Source: Ylistrum balloti
Taxonomy: Eukaryota
DNA: 64,000 nt
Direction: 5' to 3'
Assembly: GCF_031769215.1 (NCBI RefSeq)
Contig: NW_026782349.1
Span: 239,634-303,633, forward strand
Of this stretch, positions 24,760-36,189 are shown piece by piece. The translations under genes and the position numbers were made by a program. Under the pieces are notes generated by a model, which was not told where the DNA came from, made no database searches, and was given only the letters and a program-made list of their open reading frames with translations. Position 1 is the first letter of the stretch; every line of letters starts with the position of its first letter.

Positions 24760-26158
24760 GTGAGTTATTGTATTATTCTAGCTGTGTAATGATATGTCCA
24801 CTTATCAATTTACTGCGATAGCTTTTGTCTCGATAGCAATAAGTGAATAAGATATTTTCACGGCAATAACTATTGCAATAGTTTGTTCATCTATTGATTG
24901 TTAATGATAGTTCCTTTTAACTAAATAAAAATGCTACTTGAAAGCAAGATTTTTCACCAAGTTATTGCCTATTTATAAAAGCATCTTTGGGACCTTGATG
25001 GGGGTAACATTAGGTAAAAGAATGGCACAATGACCTGCTTAGAATAGAAAAAGAAAAATGAGAGTTTATATATTAAATAAGTATTGTATTGTTATTGTTT
25101 CCAATATGGTGTAATTAAATCAACAAATTATAGTAAGGGAGATGGTGACTTTAATTCTGGGTCCATTTTTCATCCTTGAAATGGCCCATTTCGATAAACA
25201 ACATAGTGGAAGGTAGTGGCATTTCAAAAATTGTTCCTAATAAACAGTCACGACGGCAGTAGGACAACATTTTGTTACATGAAAATTAATGACAAAGTGT
25301 CGCATAACTGTTCACAATTAATCTCCAGTTTGTGAAGTACGGACACTTTTGTTTGGTAAATAGCTATATATATCATACCTTTACTATTTAGGCCTACTAA
25401 CATTAAATATACATTTCTTTGATATGGCAAAGATTTATAAAGTCAGACTTCAACCAAATAATTGTATGACTGCGGAATTTTTAATCACCTTTTGAAACGT
25501 AAGTCAAGTTTGAAATAAAGATGCAATTATACTAATCTATCATAAAACTAAGACTATCATTGTGCAACATACCTGATTGTCTACATATTGCCAAAATATG
25601 ATATTTTCAAAAATGTTCAGCTCTAACATTTGGTAAATTGAGTATTTATTTGTTGATTAGAAAACACATGCTAAGGTTAAATCACCATCATGATAGTATT
25701 GCAATACTCACCTAACTATCATAATAATATCACAGTAGTTATTTTACTAATGCAATACTAACGTGATAGCTTTTTTGATCTCAATGGTCATCTCAAATTG
25801 TTGTCCAACCCAGAAACTCATATGATGATTCACTATTTTTCACAGTCACAGACAGTCAGGTGCATCAGTACTTACATCACCCCTAAAACCTCAGGCAAAA
25901 TGCTATAACTAATAGGTCTTTTGAATATGCAATAGAACTTCAGGAAAGTTTGTATTTTCATTGAACTTTAAACCTCAAGCATGTCAACTTAGATATTCTC
26001 CATTTGCCCAGTTTTTTTTATAAAAGTAAGGAAGGTGAATTATAAAGACAAAAGCAGACCAGTTATTCTGATTTCGTATGTTAATAGATAAGACTTAATT
26101 TGGGATTATTTGTATACATATTTTGTGTGTATTTAGATTTCTCAGCATTCATTTTCAG

Positions 26159-26296
26159 ACCAAATGACTCACGCATGGTAATGGCACTGGGAGAGACTTA
26201 TGAGAAATTAGATAGACTACAGGAGGCCAAGAAATGTTTCTGGAAAGCTAACTGTATAGGTGATATGGAGGGAACAGCTCTCATCAAACTAGCCAG
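26159..26296 (+). CDS. CDC23: CDC23 exon 11 (RPNDSRMVMALGETYEKLDRLQEAKKCFWKANCIGDMEGTALIKLA)
   Basis: Matches human RPNDSRMLVALGECYEKLNQLVEAKKCYWRAYAVGDVEKMALVKLA. Donor ag|GTAAGT at 26297. The 45-bp array of exon-end plus donor copies starts here. Confidence 0.85.
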
Positions 26297-27580
26297 GTAA
26301 GTAATGGGTAGAGAGGGAACAGATCTCATCAAACTAGCCAGGTAAGTAATGGGTAGAGAGAGACAGCTCTCATCAAACTATCCCAGGTAAGTAATGGGTA
26401 GAGAGGGAACAGATCTCATCAAACTAGCCAGGTAAGTAATGGGTAGAGAGGGAACAGATCTCATCAAACTAGCTAGGTAAGTAATGGGTAGAGAGAGACA
26501 GCTCTCATCAAACTATCCCAGGTAAGTAATGGGTAGAGAGGGAACAGATCTCATCAAACTAGCCAGGTAAGTAATGGGTAGAGAGGGAACAGCTCTCATC
26601 AAACTAGCCAGGTAAATAATGGGTAGAGAGGGAACAGATCTCATCAAACTAGCCAGGTAAGTAATGGGCACAGAGGGAATGGCTCTCATCAAACTAGCCA
26701 GGGAAGTAATGGGTAGAGAGGGAACAGCTCTCATCAAACTAGCCAGGTAAGTAATGGGTAGAGAGGGAACAGCTCTCATCAAACTAGCCAGGTAAATAAT
26801 GGGTAGAGAGGGAACAGATCTCATCAAACTAGCCAGGTAAGTAATGAGTAGATAGGGAACAGCTCTCATCAAACTAGCCAGGTAAGTAATGGGTAGAGAG
26901 GGAACAGCTCTCATCAAACTAGCCAGGTAAGTAATGGGTAGAGAGGGAACAGCTCTCATCAAACTAGCCAGGTAAATAATGGGTAGAGAGGGAACAGATC
27001 TCATCAAACTAGCCAGGTAAGTAATGAGTAGATAGGGAACAGCTCTCATCAAACTAGCCAGGTAAGTAATGGGCACAGAGGGAATGGCTCTCATCAAACT
27101 AGCCAGGGAAGTAATGGGTAGAGAGGGAACAGCTCTCATCAAACTAGCCAGGGAAGTAATGGGTAGAGAGGGAGCAGCTCTCATCAAACTATCCCAGGTA
27201 AGTAATGGGTAGAGAGGGAACAGCTCTCATCAAACTAGCCAGGTAAGTAATGGGTAGTGACTACTGCCAACTGTATTGGTGATATGGAGGGAACAGCTTT
27301 CATCAAACTAGCCAGGGAAGTAATGGGTAGAGAGGGAACTGCTCTCATCAAACTAGCCAGGTAAGTAATGGGTAGAGAGGGAACAGCTCTCATCAAACTA
27401 TCCCAGGTAAGTAATGGGTAGAGACGGAACAGCTCTCATCAAACTAGCCAGGTAAGTAATGGGTAGAGAGGGAACAGATCTCATCAAACTAGCCAGGTAA
27501 GTAATGGGTAGTGACTATGGTAAACTGTATAGGTGATATTGAGGGAATGACTATCATCAAACTAGCCAGGTAAGTATTTG
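26266..27580 (+). repeat. 45-bp minisatellite, about 29 units, made of copies of the CDC23 exon 11 end plus 5' splice site
   Basis: Period 45. The unit is GGGAACAGCTCTCATCAAACTAGCCAGgtaagtaatgggtagaga. Nearly all units keep CAGGTAAGTA. Confidence 0.95.
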
Positions 27581-27812
27581 TAATTAACTACATAGGTCAG
27601 CATGGTCACTACCTTCATTAGATAATCTATAGAAACTGGTAAGGACAATTTGAAGTGCTGGTGACTATAAAAACTTTTTTTGGCAAGGAAATGGCTTCGA
27701 ATGTTAGCCCTACTTCTCAAATGACTAAAATGTTATTGAATGTTAGAAAAGAAAATGTCAGGAACTGAGATAGATATGAGATATGGCTAACTACAAACAC
27801 TTCTTGTCACAG

Positions 27813-27891
27813 ACTTCACGAGAAACTACACGAGGAGGACCAGGCAGCCTCGGCCTACACAGACTATATCAATGAGGCCAGTAGACAAGGG
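27813..27891 (+). CDS. CDC23: CDC23 exon 12 (RLHEKLHEEDQAASAYTDYINEASRQG)
   Basis: Matches human KLHEQLTESEQAAQCYIKYIQDIYSCG. Acceptor tcttgtcacAG; donor GTAAGT at 27892. Confidence 0.8.
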
Positions 27892-28199
27892 GTAAGTTGT
27901 GTTGTGTATCATCACAAATTTTAACAAAAACATTTTAATGGTTAGGATTAATTACAACCTGAAGTACATCAAAAGAATCAAATACATATGCTGTTATTGT
28001 CCTTGCTTTAACAAAAAATGTTAACCTTTATCAAAGTTAGTTTTTCTCTGACATTTTTTCATATTTTCACTTTTGTCGACTATTATAAGGAAGTTTGTTA
28101 TTTTATGTAAACAAGCAGCCAATGATATGTACAGTACATTCTCTAATTGTAATCGTTATATGCCATCTGACCTTCCATCAACTTTTCCTTTAAAACACT

Positions 28200-28470
28200 T
28201 CTTAGTGCATAAGTAGATTTCAGCCAAATTTGGTCTGAAACATAATTGGGATAGGCAATCATTTCTTAAATCCAGAAAATTGTGACAGAGGGGCAGGGCC
28301 CCAAATGGGGAATTTAGCTACAATTCTGCTTTAAGAGCCCTGCTCTTCCTGAACACCACACATATTTCAATCAAATTTGGCCTGAAGCATTGTTAGAGGT
28401 GGGCAATTATTTCATAAATAGATAAAGTCGATTTAATCCTTGGGATGGCGATGGGTTCCTAAACGAGAGA
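28200..28470. repeat. Two units of the dispersed CCAAATTTGGTCTGAAGCAT.. family
   Basis: Shares the CCAAATTTGG(T/C)CTGAA(A/G)CAT..GGG..CCC motifs with 31280-31870. Confidence 0.5.
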
Positions 28471-28703
28471 TTTTGGCACAAATTTCTCTTTCCATTGTAA
28501 GTACTCCATAATGCCTGAGTGGATTTCAAACAATGATTTCTGCAATGAATTATTCGCTTGTTGGATGACAAAGCCTATGGACCTCTTGTTTATCTGTTCT
28601 GGTCATGGTTTAAGTTTGTTATAGATCAGAACGTAAATATTGAAGAAGTATTTGCCATGTTTAAGGAAATAAACTTTACTAGAAACCTTACTTTGTTTGC
28701 TAG

Positions 28704-28820
28704 AACTATAATCCAGAAGACCAGAGTCAAGCCTACAAGTATCTGGCTAACTATCACCTTAAACTTGGACAGCTGGACGAAGCTTTCACTGCAGCCCAGA
28801 AGTGTTCAGAATTTCCAGAG
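28704..28820 (+). CDS. CDC23: CDC23 exon 13 (NYNPEDQSQAYKYLANYHLKLGQLDEAFTAAQKCSEFPE)
   Basis: Matches human ..STAFRYLAQYYFKCKLWDEASTCAQKCCAFND. Acceptor tttgctAG; donor GTCAGT at 28821. Confidence 0.75.
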
Positions 28821-29160
28821 GTCAGTAGCCATGTCTCTTTTTCTCTCTTTTTATTGTAGGCTATATGTTATTAGACACATTTTGTTTTGATAAAATATAG
28901 TAATATTGGTTAAAATCAAACTGGAACTAGATAGCCAGAACAACCATTATATACCACATCATGTACAATTACACTACATGTCATTTGTAATTTACACTAT
29001 AAACAAAGATTATCCAGTACATGATGATTATTTTGGCAGCCTTTGCTTTGATATCCATGGGAGTAAATGCTGTTTGTAAGGTATTTTGTGATACTTTTTA
29101 TCAAAGTTGAAAAGATGAAAATAGAATTATTGAAATTAGAATAAATGGTTGTTTTTACAG

Positions 29161-29343
29161 ACCCGAGAAGAAGCAAAGGGTATATTACGTGACATTCAGA
29201 GTCTTCGTGCACAGAAGGAAGGCTTAAGCACTCCTATGAGAATGGATGACAGTATGGGATCCATTACAACAGAGCGCTTCCACACTAACGATCATACACC
29301 GATTGGTCGCCTCTCTCCTGTCAACCTTAAGTTCACACCTTGA
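29161..29343 (+). CDS. CDC23: CDC23 terminal coding exon (TREEAKGILRDIQSLRAQKEGLSTPMRMDDSMGSITTERFHTNDHTPIGRLSPVNLKFTP, TGA stop at 29341-29343)
   Basis: Matches the human C-terminus TREEGKALLRQILQLRNQG...RRVSPLNLSSVTP. Acceptor tttttacAG. Confidence 0.85.
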   Translation, partial: TREEAKGILRDIQSLRAQKEGLSTPMRMDDSMGSITTERFHTNDHTPIGRLSPVNLKFTP

Positions 29344-29679
29344 CGAAAAGTTCTTGGGCTAATAATGTTGCACAACTTTTTGTTAGTGTATAAGATAGCA
29401 GAGAATGGGGACAGATTTGTGTGATTTACTCTAGGTGGAGTGAACTAGGTGAAGATCGCAGGTCAGCACCCTTACCTGTCTGTTACTACTCATTTAACTG
29501 ATAAGATAAGTTAATCTGAAACTTACAGCCAGTAAGCCTGACCCAAGAATTATTTTTCTAAGTAGAAAAATTAATAGCTTAAAAATCAGAAAACTATATA
29601 TGGAACAATGCTGGTAGTAATCTTAGGACTAGTGAAATAATCATATTAGAGGCCCAGTCTACTGAAAGCATCAGATTGG

Positions 29680-30600
29680 TGAAATAATTAGATTGGAGAA
29701 TCTACTGGTAGAAATCTAACTTTGCCTAGGACTGGTTAGGTAATTAAATGGGAGGCTCTGCTGGTAGGAATCTCACTTTGCCTAGGACTGGTTAGGTAAT
29801 TAGAGGGGAGGCTCTACTGGTAGAAATCTCACTGGGCCTAGGGCTGGTTAGGTAATTAGAGGGGAGGCTCTGCTGGTAGGAATCTCACTGGGCCTAGGAC
29901 TGGTTAGGTAATTAGAGGGGAGGCTCTACTGGTAGAAATCTCACTGGGCCTAGGACTGGTTAGGTAGTTAGATAGGAGGATCTACTGGTAGAAATCTCAC
30001 TGGGCCGAGGACTGGTTATGTAATTAGATAGGAGGATCTACTGGTAGAAATCTCACTGGGCCTAGGACTGGTTAGGTAATTATAGGGGAGGCTCTACTGG
30101 TAGAAATCTCACTGGGCCTAGGACTGGTTAGGTAATTAGAGGGGAGGCTCTGCTGGTAGAAATCTCACTGGGCCTAGGACTGGTTAGGTAATTAGAGGGG
30201 AGGCTCTACTGGTAGAAATCTCACTGGGCCTAGGACTGGTTAGGTAGTTAGATAGGAGGATCTACTGGTAGAAATCTCACTGGGCCGAGGACTGGTTATG
30301 TAATTAGATAGGAGGATCTACTGGTAGAAATCTCACTGGGCCTAGGACTGGTTAGGTAATTATAGGGGAGGCTCTACTGGTAGAAATCTCACTGGGCCTA
30401 GGACTGGTTAGGTAATTAGAGGGGAGGCTCTACTGGTAGAAATCTCACTGGGCCTAAGACTGGTTAGGTAATTAAATGGGAGGCTCTGCTGGTAGGAATC
30501 TGTGGACCAAGGACTGGTGAAATATATGGGAGGCCCTGCTGGTAGAATTCATACTGGGTCAAGGACAGGTGAAGTAATCAGACAGGAGGCTGTACTGATG
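29680..30600 (+). repeat. About 58-bp minisatellite, about 15 units, directly downstream of the CDC23 stop (probable 3'UTR or downstream flank)
   Basis: Unit CTGGTAGAAATCTCACTGGGCCTAGGACTGGTTAGGTAATTAGAGGGGAGGCTCTA. Confidence 0.9.
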
Positions 30601-31279
30601 TCTGATCTGACAACTCATCACACTAAGACTGTTATAGTGTGATGATGTAGTTTATTGTTGTTACTGTATTATCATGTTAAAATAAAGTGAACGTAATGGA
30701 AAATTTGTTTTTTATAATTAACATATTAAACAATGAAGGGGAATAAGCATTTTCTCTATCATAAAGCTGCTATTGCCCATGAGATATGTGATCAAAACAT
30801 TTTATTTTGAGAAAAGTGCACATCATAAGTTTATCCTGCCTGGAATGTATTTTCAAATAAAATATTCCAGAAGGCTCTTGGCACCCACCATCATGGCCTT
30901 TAATCTATTGGTTATTTTTAGTTGGATATGTTCCCATTGTTTCTATCTCGTCTTCTCTCCTGTTTGTCATCCACTTTGTTTTGTTTTTTGTTTTCATCAG
31001 TCCCAAAATGGAGCATGCACAAAGAGCAAAATTTATGATGGCTGTCTGTTGTCCGTTTTGTTTTTACAATTTATCCTTAAAATTATTGCACCATTTTGTT
31101 TTTCTGATCACTTTGAAAAATGAACATATTCAAGAAGACCATGGGGATCATACAAATGAAAAGGGTCAGACACTTGCTTGATGAAAGAGGAAATTCTTGA
31201 AGGCTGATTTTTTTTTTTTTAGCTGACCTGGTCCAAAGGACCAGTGAGCTTATGCCATAAACAACCAAGCAGATTCTTA

Positions 31280-31870
31280 CCAAATTTGGTCAGAAGTATC
31301 CTTAGGGAAAGGGGAACATATCCTTTGTAAATCTTGTGTCTGGAACCTGCTGGGTCCGAGGGGCTTAGTCCAAAAGTGGAAATTTTGCAAATTCTTTAAA
31401 TCCTATTCCTCCTTGAGGAATGATTAGATTTTTGCCCAAATTTGGTCTGAAGCATCTTTGGGAGAAGGGAGGTTTCGGCCCACTTGAGCAGCAGGGGCAA
31501 TGCCCAGTAGGGGAAATAGAGCAAATTCTTCAAAATCCAACTTCCTCTAGGAATGATAGGATTTTGTCCAAATTTGGAATCATGTTCTGTGAAAGGAATC
31601 AATTTTGTAAAAATGGTGGGTCTTGTCCCCTTATGGCAGGAGAGGGACTCCATAGGGGAAATAGAGCAAATTTTCTTTTGAATCCTTTTCTTTTGTAGAA
31701 ATGCTTGGATATTGTCCCAATTTGGTCTGAAGCATGCTTTGGTGAATGGAAATCAATTTGTATTAACAGTGGGTCTCAGCCCCCTGGGGCCAGAGGGGTG
31801 GGGTCCAGTCAAGGAAATGGAGAAAACTCCTTTGTGGGAATGCTGAAAGGTGAATCTGACTTCTGTATGA
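31280..31870. repeat. About 135-155-bp satellite-like unit x4 (CCAAATTTGGTCTGAAGCAT..GGGGCAATGCCC..GGGGAAATAGAGCAAATT)
   Basis: The anchors CCAAATTTGG recur at 31280, 31435, 31569 and 31717. Confidence 0.8.
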
Positions 31871-32219
31871 TCACAAGGCCATACCTAATAGGGAAATAAT
31901 TTCAGAAATTACTGGTATTTGAAAATCTTTGTTAAATGACTGAATAGCAGTAGTAGCCAGGTGAGCGATGCAGGCCTCTTAATTGAACATATTTTACCCC
32001 TGTGACCTTGAATAGAGGTCAAGGTAATTTATATGAGAAACATTCCTAGTACTCCAACCAAGGTACCTCCTTACCAAATATTAAAAGGGATAGGCCTTCT
32101 GGTCATATGAGATAGAAAAATTATGTATCTCTTCATTGCTGAAGGAGACAATAACTGAACTATCCAGTGGAATTTCTGTGAGTAAATTTTACTTACCTGT
32201 AAATAATACCTTATCTGAG

Positions 32220-32640
32220 AGTTACTTTATGTATCCTGCGATAAAGCCCTGGGGAAAACACATAACCCTTGATTTAAAGTGAGTTGCTGGGCTTAATAGA
32301 AGGACCTACACATAACCTCATATTTAGTCTGTTGTTGGGCTTATCACAAGACCAACACATTTCCTCTTGTTTAGTTTGTTGTGCTCATTACAGCACCAAT
32401 ACATAACCATTATTCAGTCAGTTGGGCTTATCACGGCACAGAGGTATCTCTTGATTTTTCTTTTGTTGGGCTTATTGCAGGGCTAACACATCATCCCTGA
32501 TTTTGTCAATATTTGGACTTATTACAGAACAGGCACATTGCCCCTTAATTAGGTACTGGGCTTATTATTGTTACAGGACATTGAAATAGCATTTATTGAT
32601 GATTCTAAACAGCCATAGATAAGGGTGGGCTTATTACTAA
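32220..32640. repeat. Degenerate about 60-bp tandem units carrying the TGGGCTTAT(C/T)ACAG motif
   Basis: Seven or more copies of ..GGGCTTATCACAAGACCAACACAT..CTTGATTTAG.. The core GGGCTTATTACAG is shared with the 66-bp array at 47060-48650. Confidence 0.6.
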
Positions 32641-34358
32641 ACAAAGGTTTTCTGCTAGATAAATACAGAGTACCTCCAATATTGCTCACTTCAATAAATA
32701 GGACTCCACTTGGTTTTCTCTATAAAATATAAGTCCCTTTGGTTCTTTGAAATCTATGCTTCATCTGACAAAGCACACTAACAACTATTTGTCTTTACTT
32801 AATGCATTTATCTGCTCTTATTAGCAGGCATTGACTTGTGTCATTAGTTAGCATGAGAAAATAACAATATTTTCTCGCAGATTTTATCATGTTGCTCTCA
32901 CTAACAATTGACGATATAATACCTTCTCACAAGAGCAAATAACTCTGCATTATGAAAAGACGGAAAATACAACAGACGCTGTCATCTTCAGCTTTATTTT
33001 GTTTAATGCTGTAATACATTTAGATATTGTTAGATGTACAATGGTTATAAACCACTCATTCACCAATAGTATACTACTACCATGGACACTTTATACACTC
33101 TAGGACTAATGTTCACCATCTTCTACTGATCAGATAAAAACATTACAACTATTCCACTTATGGCAAGATAATAGAGTTCTACCAAGTATAAATATAGAAC
33201 CTATTTACAGGAACAAAATGTGGTTATAAATGGGTATATTAAGAACTCCCTATATCAGCCTTTTTTATCTAATATTTTCTTAGATAACAAAGTACAAGCA
33301 GAATTTTACAATATTAATTTCAGTAAGTGTTTGCAAACATATATTCACATTAATGATTAATTTCCATATAAATAGATACACACTACTGTGATAGTAAAAT
33401 ATGGTGTGATCAAAACAATGACATGTCTGTATACGTAACTACTCTTCCTCAACATTTAATAAACAGTTCCTGAGTAAACCCCTCGGGTAAAGGGCAATCC
33501 TTTATAGTGGTGTAGAACATATCACTGTATCATACTGTTTCTATACCTTTATGTTGCTTTGACTAATTCTATATAAAGTGTAACATTACATACCTAGCAC
33601 TTCAATGATACCAGTGTACCAATGATACATGTAGATGATGCAATTTTTAATAAATCTAACTAACATCTCAGAAAAATCAAACATAGTCCTGATAACAATA
33701 CACCAAACTGTCTCACCCAAACGTACACAGCAGTGACAGGATTTGATTATCCTAAATCTATGACAATTCAATCCCACTATTCATTAAGAAATGGCATAGA
33801 TGGGTTTGGCAAAGAACATTAGAACTTTTAGTGACTGGAGCACTATGGGCACAGGTAAACCACTCACAGCAGTATCAGTTTTGATTACCATGAGAACTAT
33901 ACATTTTGACATCAAAATAAGAGTAGATTTTCATGCTAATTCTACGTATCAACATATCACAGTAGTGCAACGTCAGAGACAACCTTGTCACAATACATGT
34001 TTATACACACATAATATCACAGACTTCTGCAGAATATCTTAACACAAACCAACCAACACCCTATAAACTGCCGTTCTCCTGTTTTATGAAGTTACTGGAA
34101 ATATGGCACTTCGTAAGTTATTCTCGGAGAATTATGCATGATCTTTCAAAAAATTTACAGAAACCAAAAATATAAATATGTCTTTGTTCTATTTCCAAAG
34201 GAATTTGATGAAAAAGTTGTATCATTATCAAAAGTACTGAAATTGTAATAAACTATTTTTTAAAACTCTAGCAAACTTAACAGCGCTACACTAGATATAA
34301 ATTATCTATTTATGATATAATTTCATCTGTGCTGGAATCCATCACTTCACAGATCAGG

Positions 34359-34403
34359 CTATCTTACTTGGTCTGATTTCCTTAAAACATTCCGCTGGAC
34401 TTT
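34359..34403 (-). CDS. Putative last coding segment (KVQRNVLRKSDQVR, then TAG stop at 34359-34361). The stop overlaps a caa|GTAAGA donor-like site, so the true 3' end may lie further downstream.
   Basis: Acceptor ttgtgcAG. A short phase-0 ORF running to TAG. Confidence 0.3.
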   Translation of the reverse strand, partial: KVQRNVLRKSDQVR

Positions 34404-34654
34404 CTGCACAAAGAAATAAAAATCATTATAAGCACTATAACACCAGAGACAAGGAGGAGTTAACAGAAGCAGCAAATCATTACCGACACAAACGGTCTTT
34501 AGAAAATTTTACATATTTTTTTATGGTGTTACATTCAGTTAAGATGAGATCACTGTAATCAACACAGAAAGAAATCAATCACCAGTATATGATACAACAC
34601 TAATACTATTAAGTGTCTCATAATGCAGTCATGAAGAATTTGAACTTGTCTTAC

Positions 34655-34754
34655 CCTGTTGAAGACCCGTGCTCGGAGACGATTCAGTGAGTAATCCTCA
34701 TCTCGTTTCTTTACATACTTCATGGCCTGCACTTCAGGGAGTTTTTTGTACAAC
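34655..34754 (-). CDS. Exon (RLYKKLPEVQAMKYVKKRDEDYSLNRLRARVFNR)
   Basis: Acceptor acacAG; donor agg|GTAAGA. Confidence 0.45.
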
Positions 34755-35417
34755 CTGTGTGAAAATATGATGTATAATTATATGTATAATACAAGAAACT
34801 TTCTTACCACTGAAATGTATTACTCATGATTAGATGTCCTTGCCACAGCTTGGTTCAGATAAAGGTTGGTTCATAGAAAAGCAATGCTGAGAACAAAACA
34901 TTTGTAATTCTAGAAGATGCTTTTGTAAAGCACACATTGTGTCTTTAGTTGGATGGGAAAGTGTGAAGTCTTAATTTTGCTGAACACATTGTCCAAACCG
35001 CAAAAATAGAGCTAAATCCAAAGTCTCCTAAAGAAACATGGCTAATCAAAAATGTGAAAGAAAAGACAACGTTCACTGTGATGTTAGTGTATAATCAGAG
35101 TTTCAGGTCAACAAATAAAAAAGCAAACTGTATGGGCAAAGCAACAGTTTGAGGTACTCTGAAGTCCATCCAAGGTACAACTGAGCAGTCTCTCATCCAA
35201 GTGCTGACCACATTTGACATTGCTTAATTTCAGAACATGGACATGACACTCAACAGCACAACAACAAAAGCAATTGAAATGACAAAAAGTCATGAACCGC
35301 CACAGTATGGACAGATTGACAGATTTTATATTGTTTGTGGGAACATTAATAACTTACATGCTATGACTTTGCCAGTACTTATCTTTGAAGAAATAAAAGT
35401 GAAATCTTTCAACCAAC

Positions 35418-35481
35418 CTTTTAGTTAATTCCTTCATTTCTTTCTTAGACATGGATCTTCTTTTTGGCTTGTGTAGGTTTT
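35418..35481 (-). CDS. Exon (ENLHKPKRRSMSKKEMKELTK)
   Basis: Acceptor atttccAG; donor ag|GTTGGT. The phase joins the 34754 exon. Confidence 0.45.
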
Positions 35482-35789
35482 CTGGAAATAATAAAATATG
35501 GAGATAGAGGAACCAGTTGTTGACAATATTCATTACACGTATTTACCATGAAATGTGAGTCTCTGTTGTCTTTATCACAGTTCAATTATTAAATTCCTAA
35601 ATATTTCTCTCTGGCTATGTGAAGTATTAACTGTCTGTCTCTCAGCTCTAGTAATTATTTTTTTTATTCCTTGTCTCTCTCTATTTCTTTGCTTGGGTGG
35701 GTAATTGACTACATTCTTAATACTTCTCTCAGCTCTTAACTTATTTGACTTCTCTGAAATCTTTCATAATTGAACACTCAAGTCTTTCT

Positions 35790-36110
35790 ATAGAGCCTAA
35801 TAATTAGATGGACATCCAGGTCCCTTTCTCAAGCCTGATAATTAGATGGACATCCAGGTCCCTTTCTCAAGCCTGATAATTAGATGGACATCCAGGTCCC
35901 TTTCTCAAGCCTGATAATTAGATGGACATCCAGGTCCCTTTCTCAAGCCTGATAATTAAATGGACACCTAGGTCTCTCTTTTGACCCTAATAATTAAATG
36001 GAAACCCAGATTGTTATCTCAAGCCAAATAATCCAGGAGACATCTAAGTCTTTCTCTCAAGCTACGTAATTAAATGGACACTCAGATCTCTTTCTTAAAA
36101 GCCTAATGAT
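35790..36110. repeat. 37-bp tandem unit, about 8 copies (GATAATTAGATGGACATCCAGGTCCCTTTCTCAAGCCT)
   Basis: Direct reading. Confidence 0.9.
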
Positions 36111-36189
36111 AATCTGGACAAGTTTACTAACCACAACAGAGATGTGTAATATTGAGTACAAAATTGTGTACCACATTAACTCCATAATA

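Noticed and set aside
26513-27187. 224-aa minus-strand ORF (..SLPITSLASLMRAV.. repeats)
   Set aside because: It lies entirely within the 45-bp minisatellite. Because 45 is a multiple of 3, any frame stays open. This is a translation artefact, not a gene.
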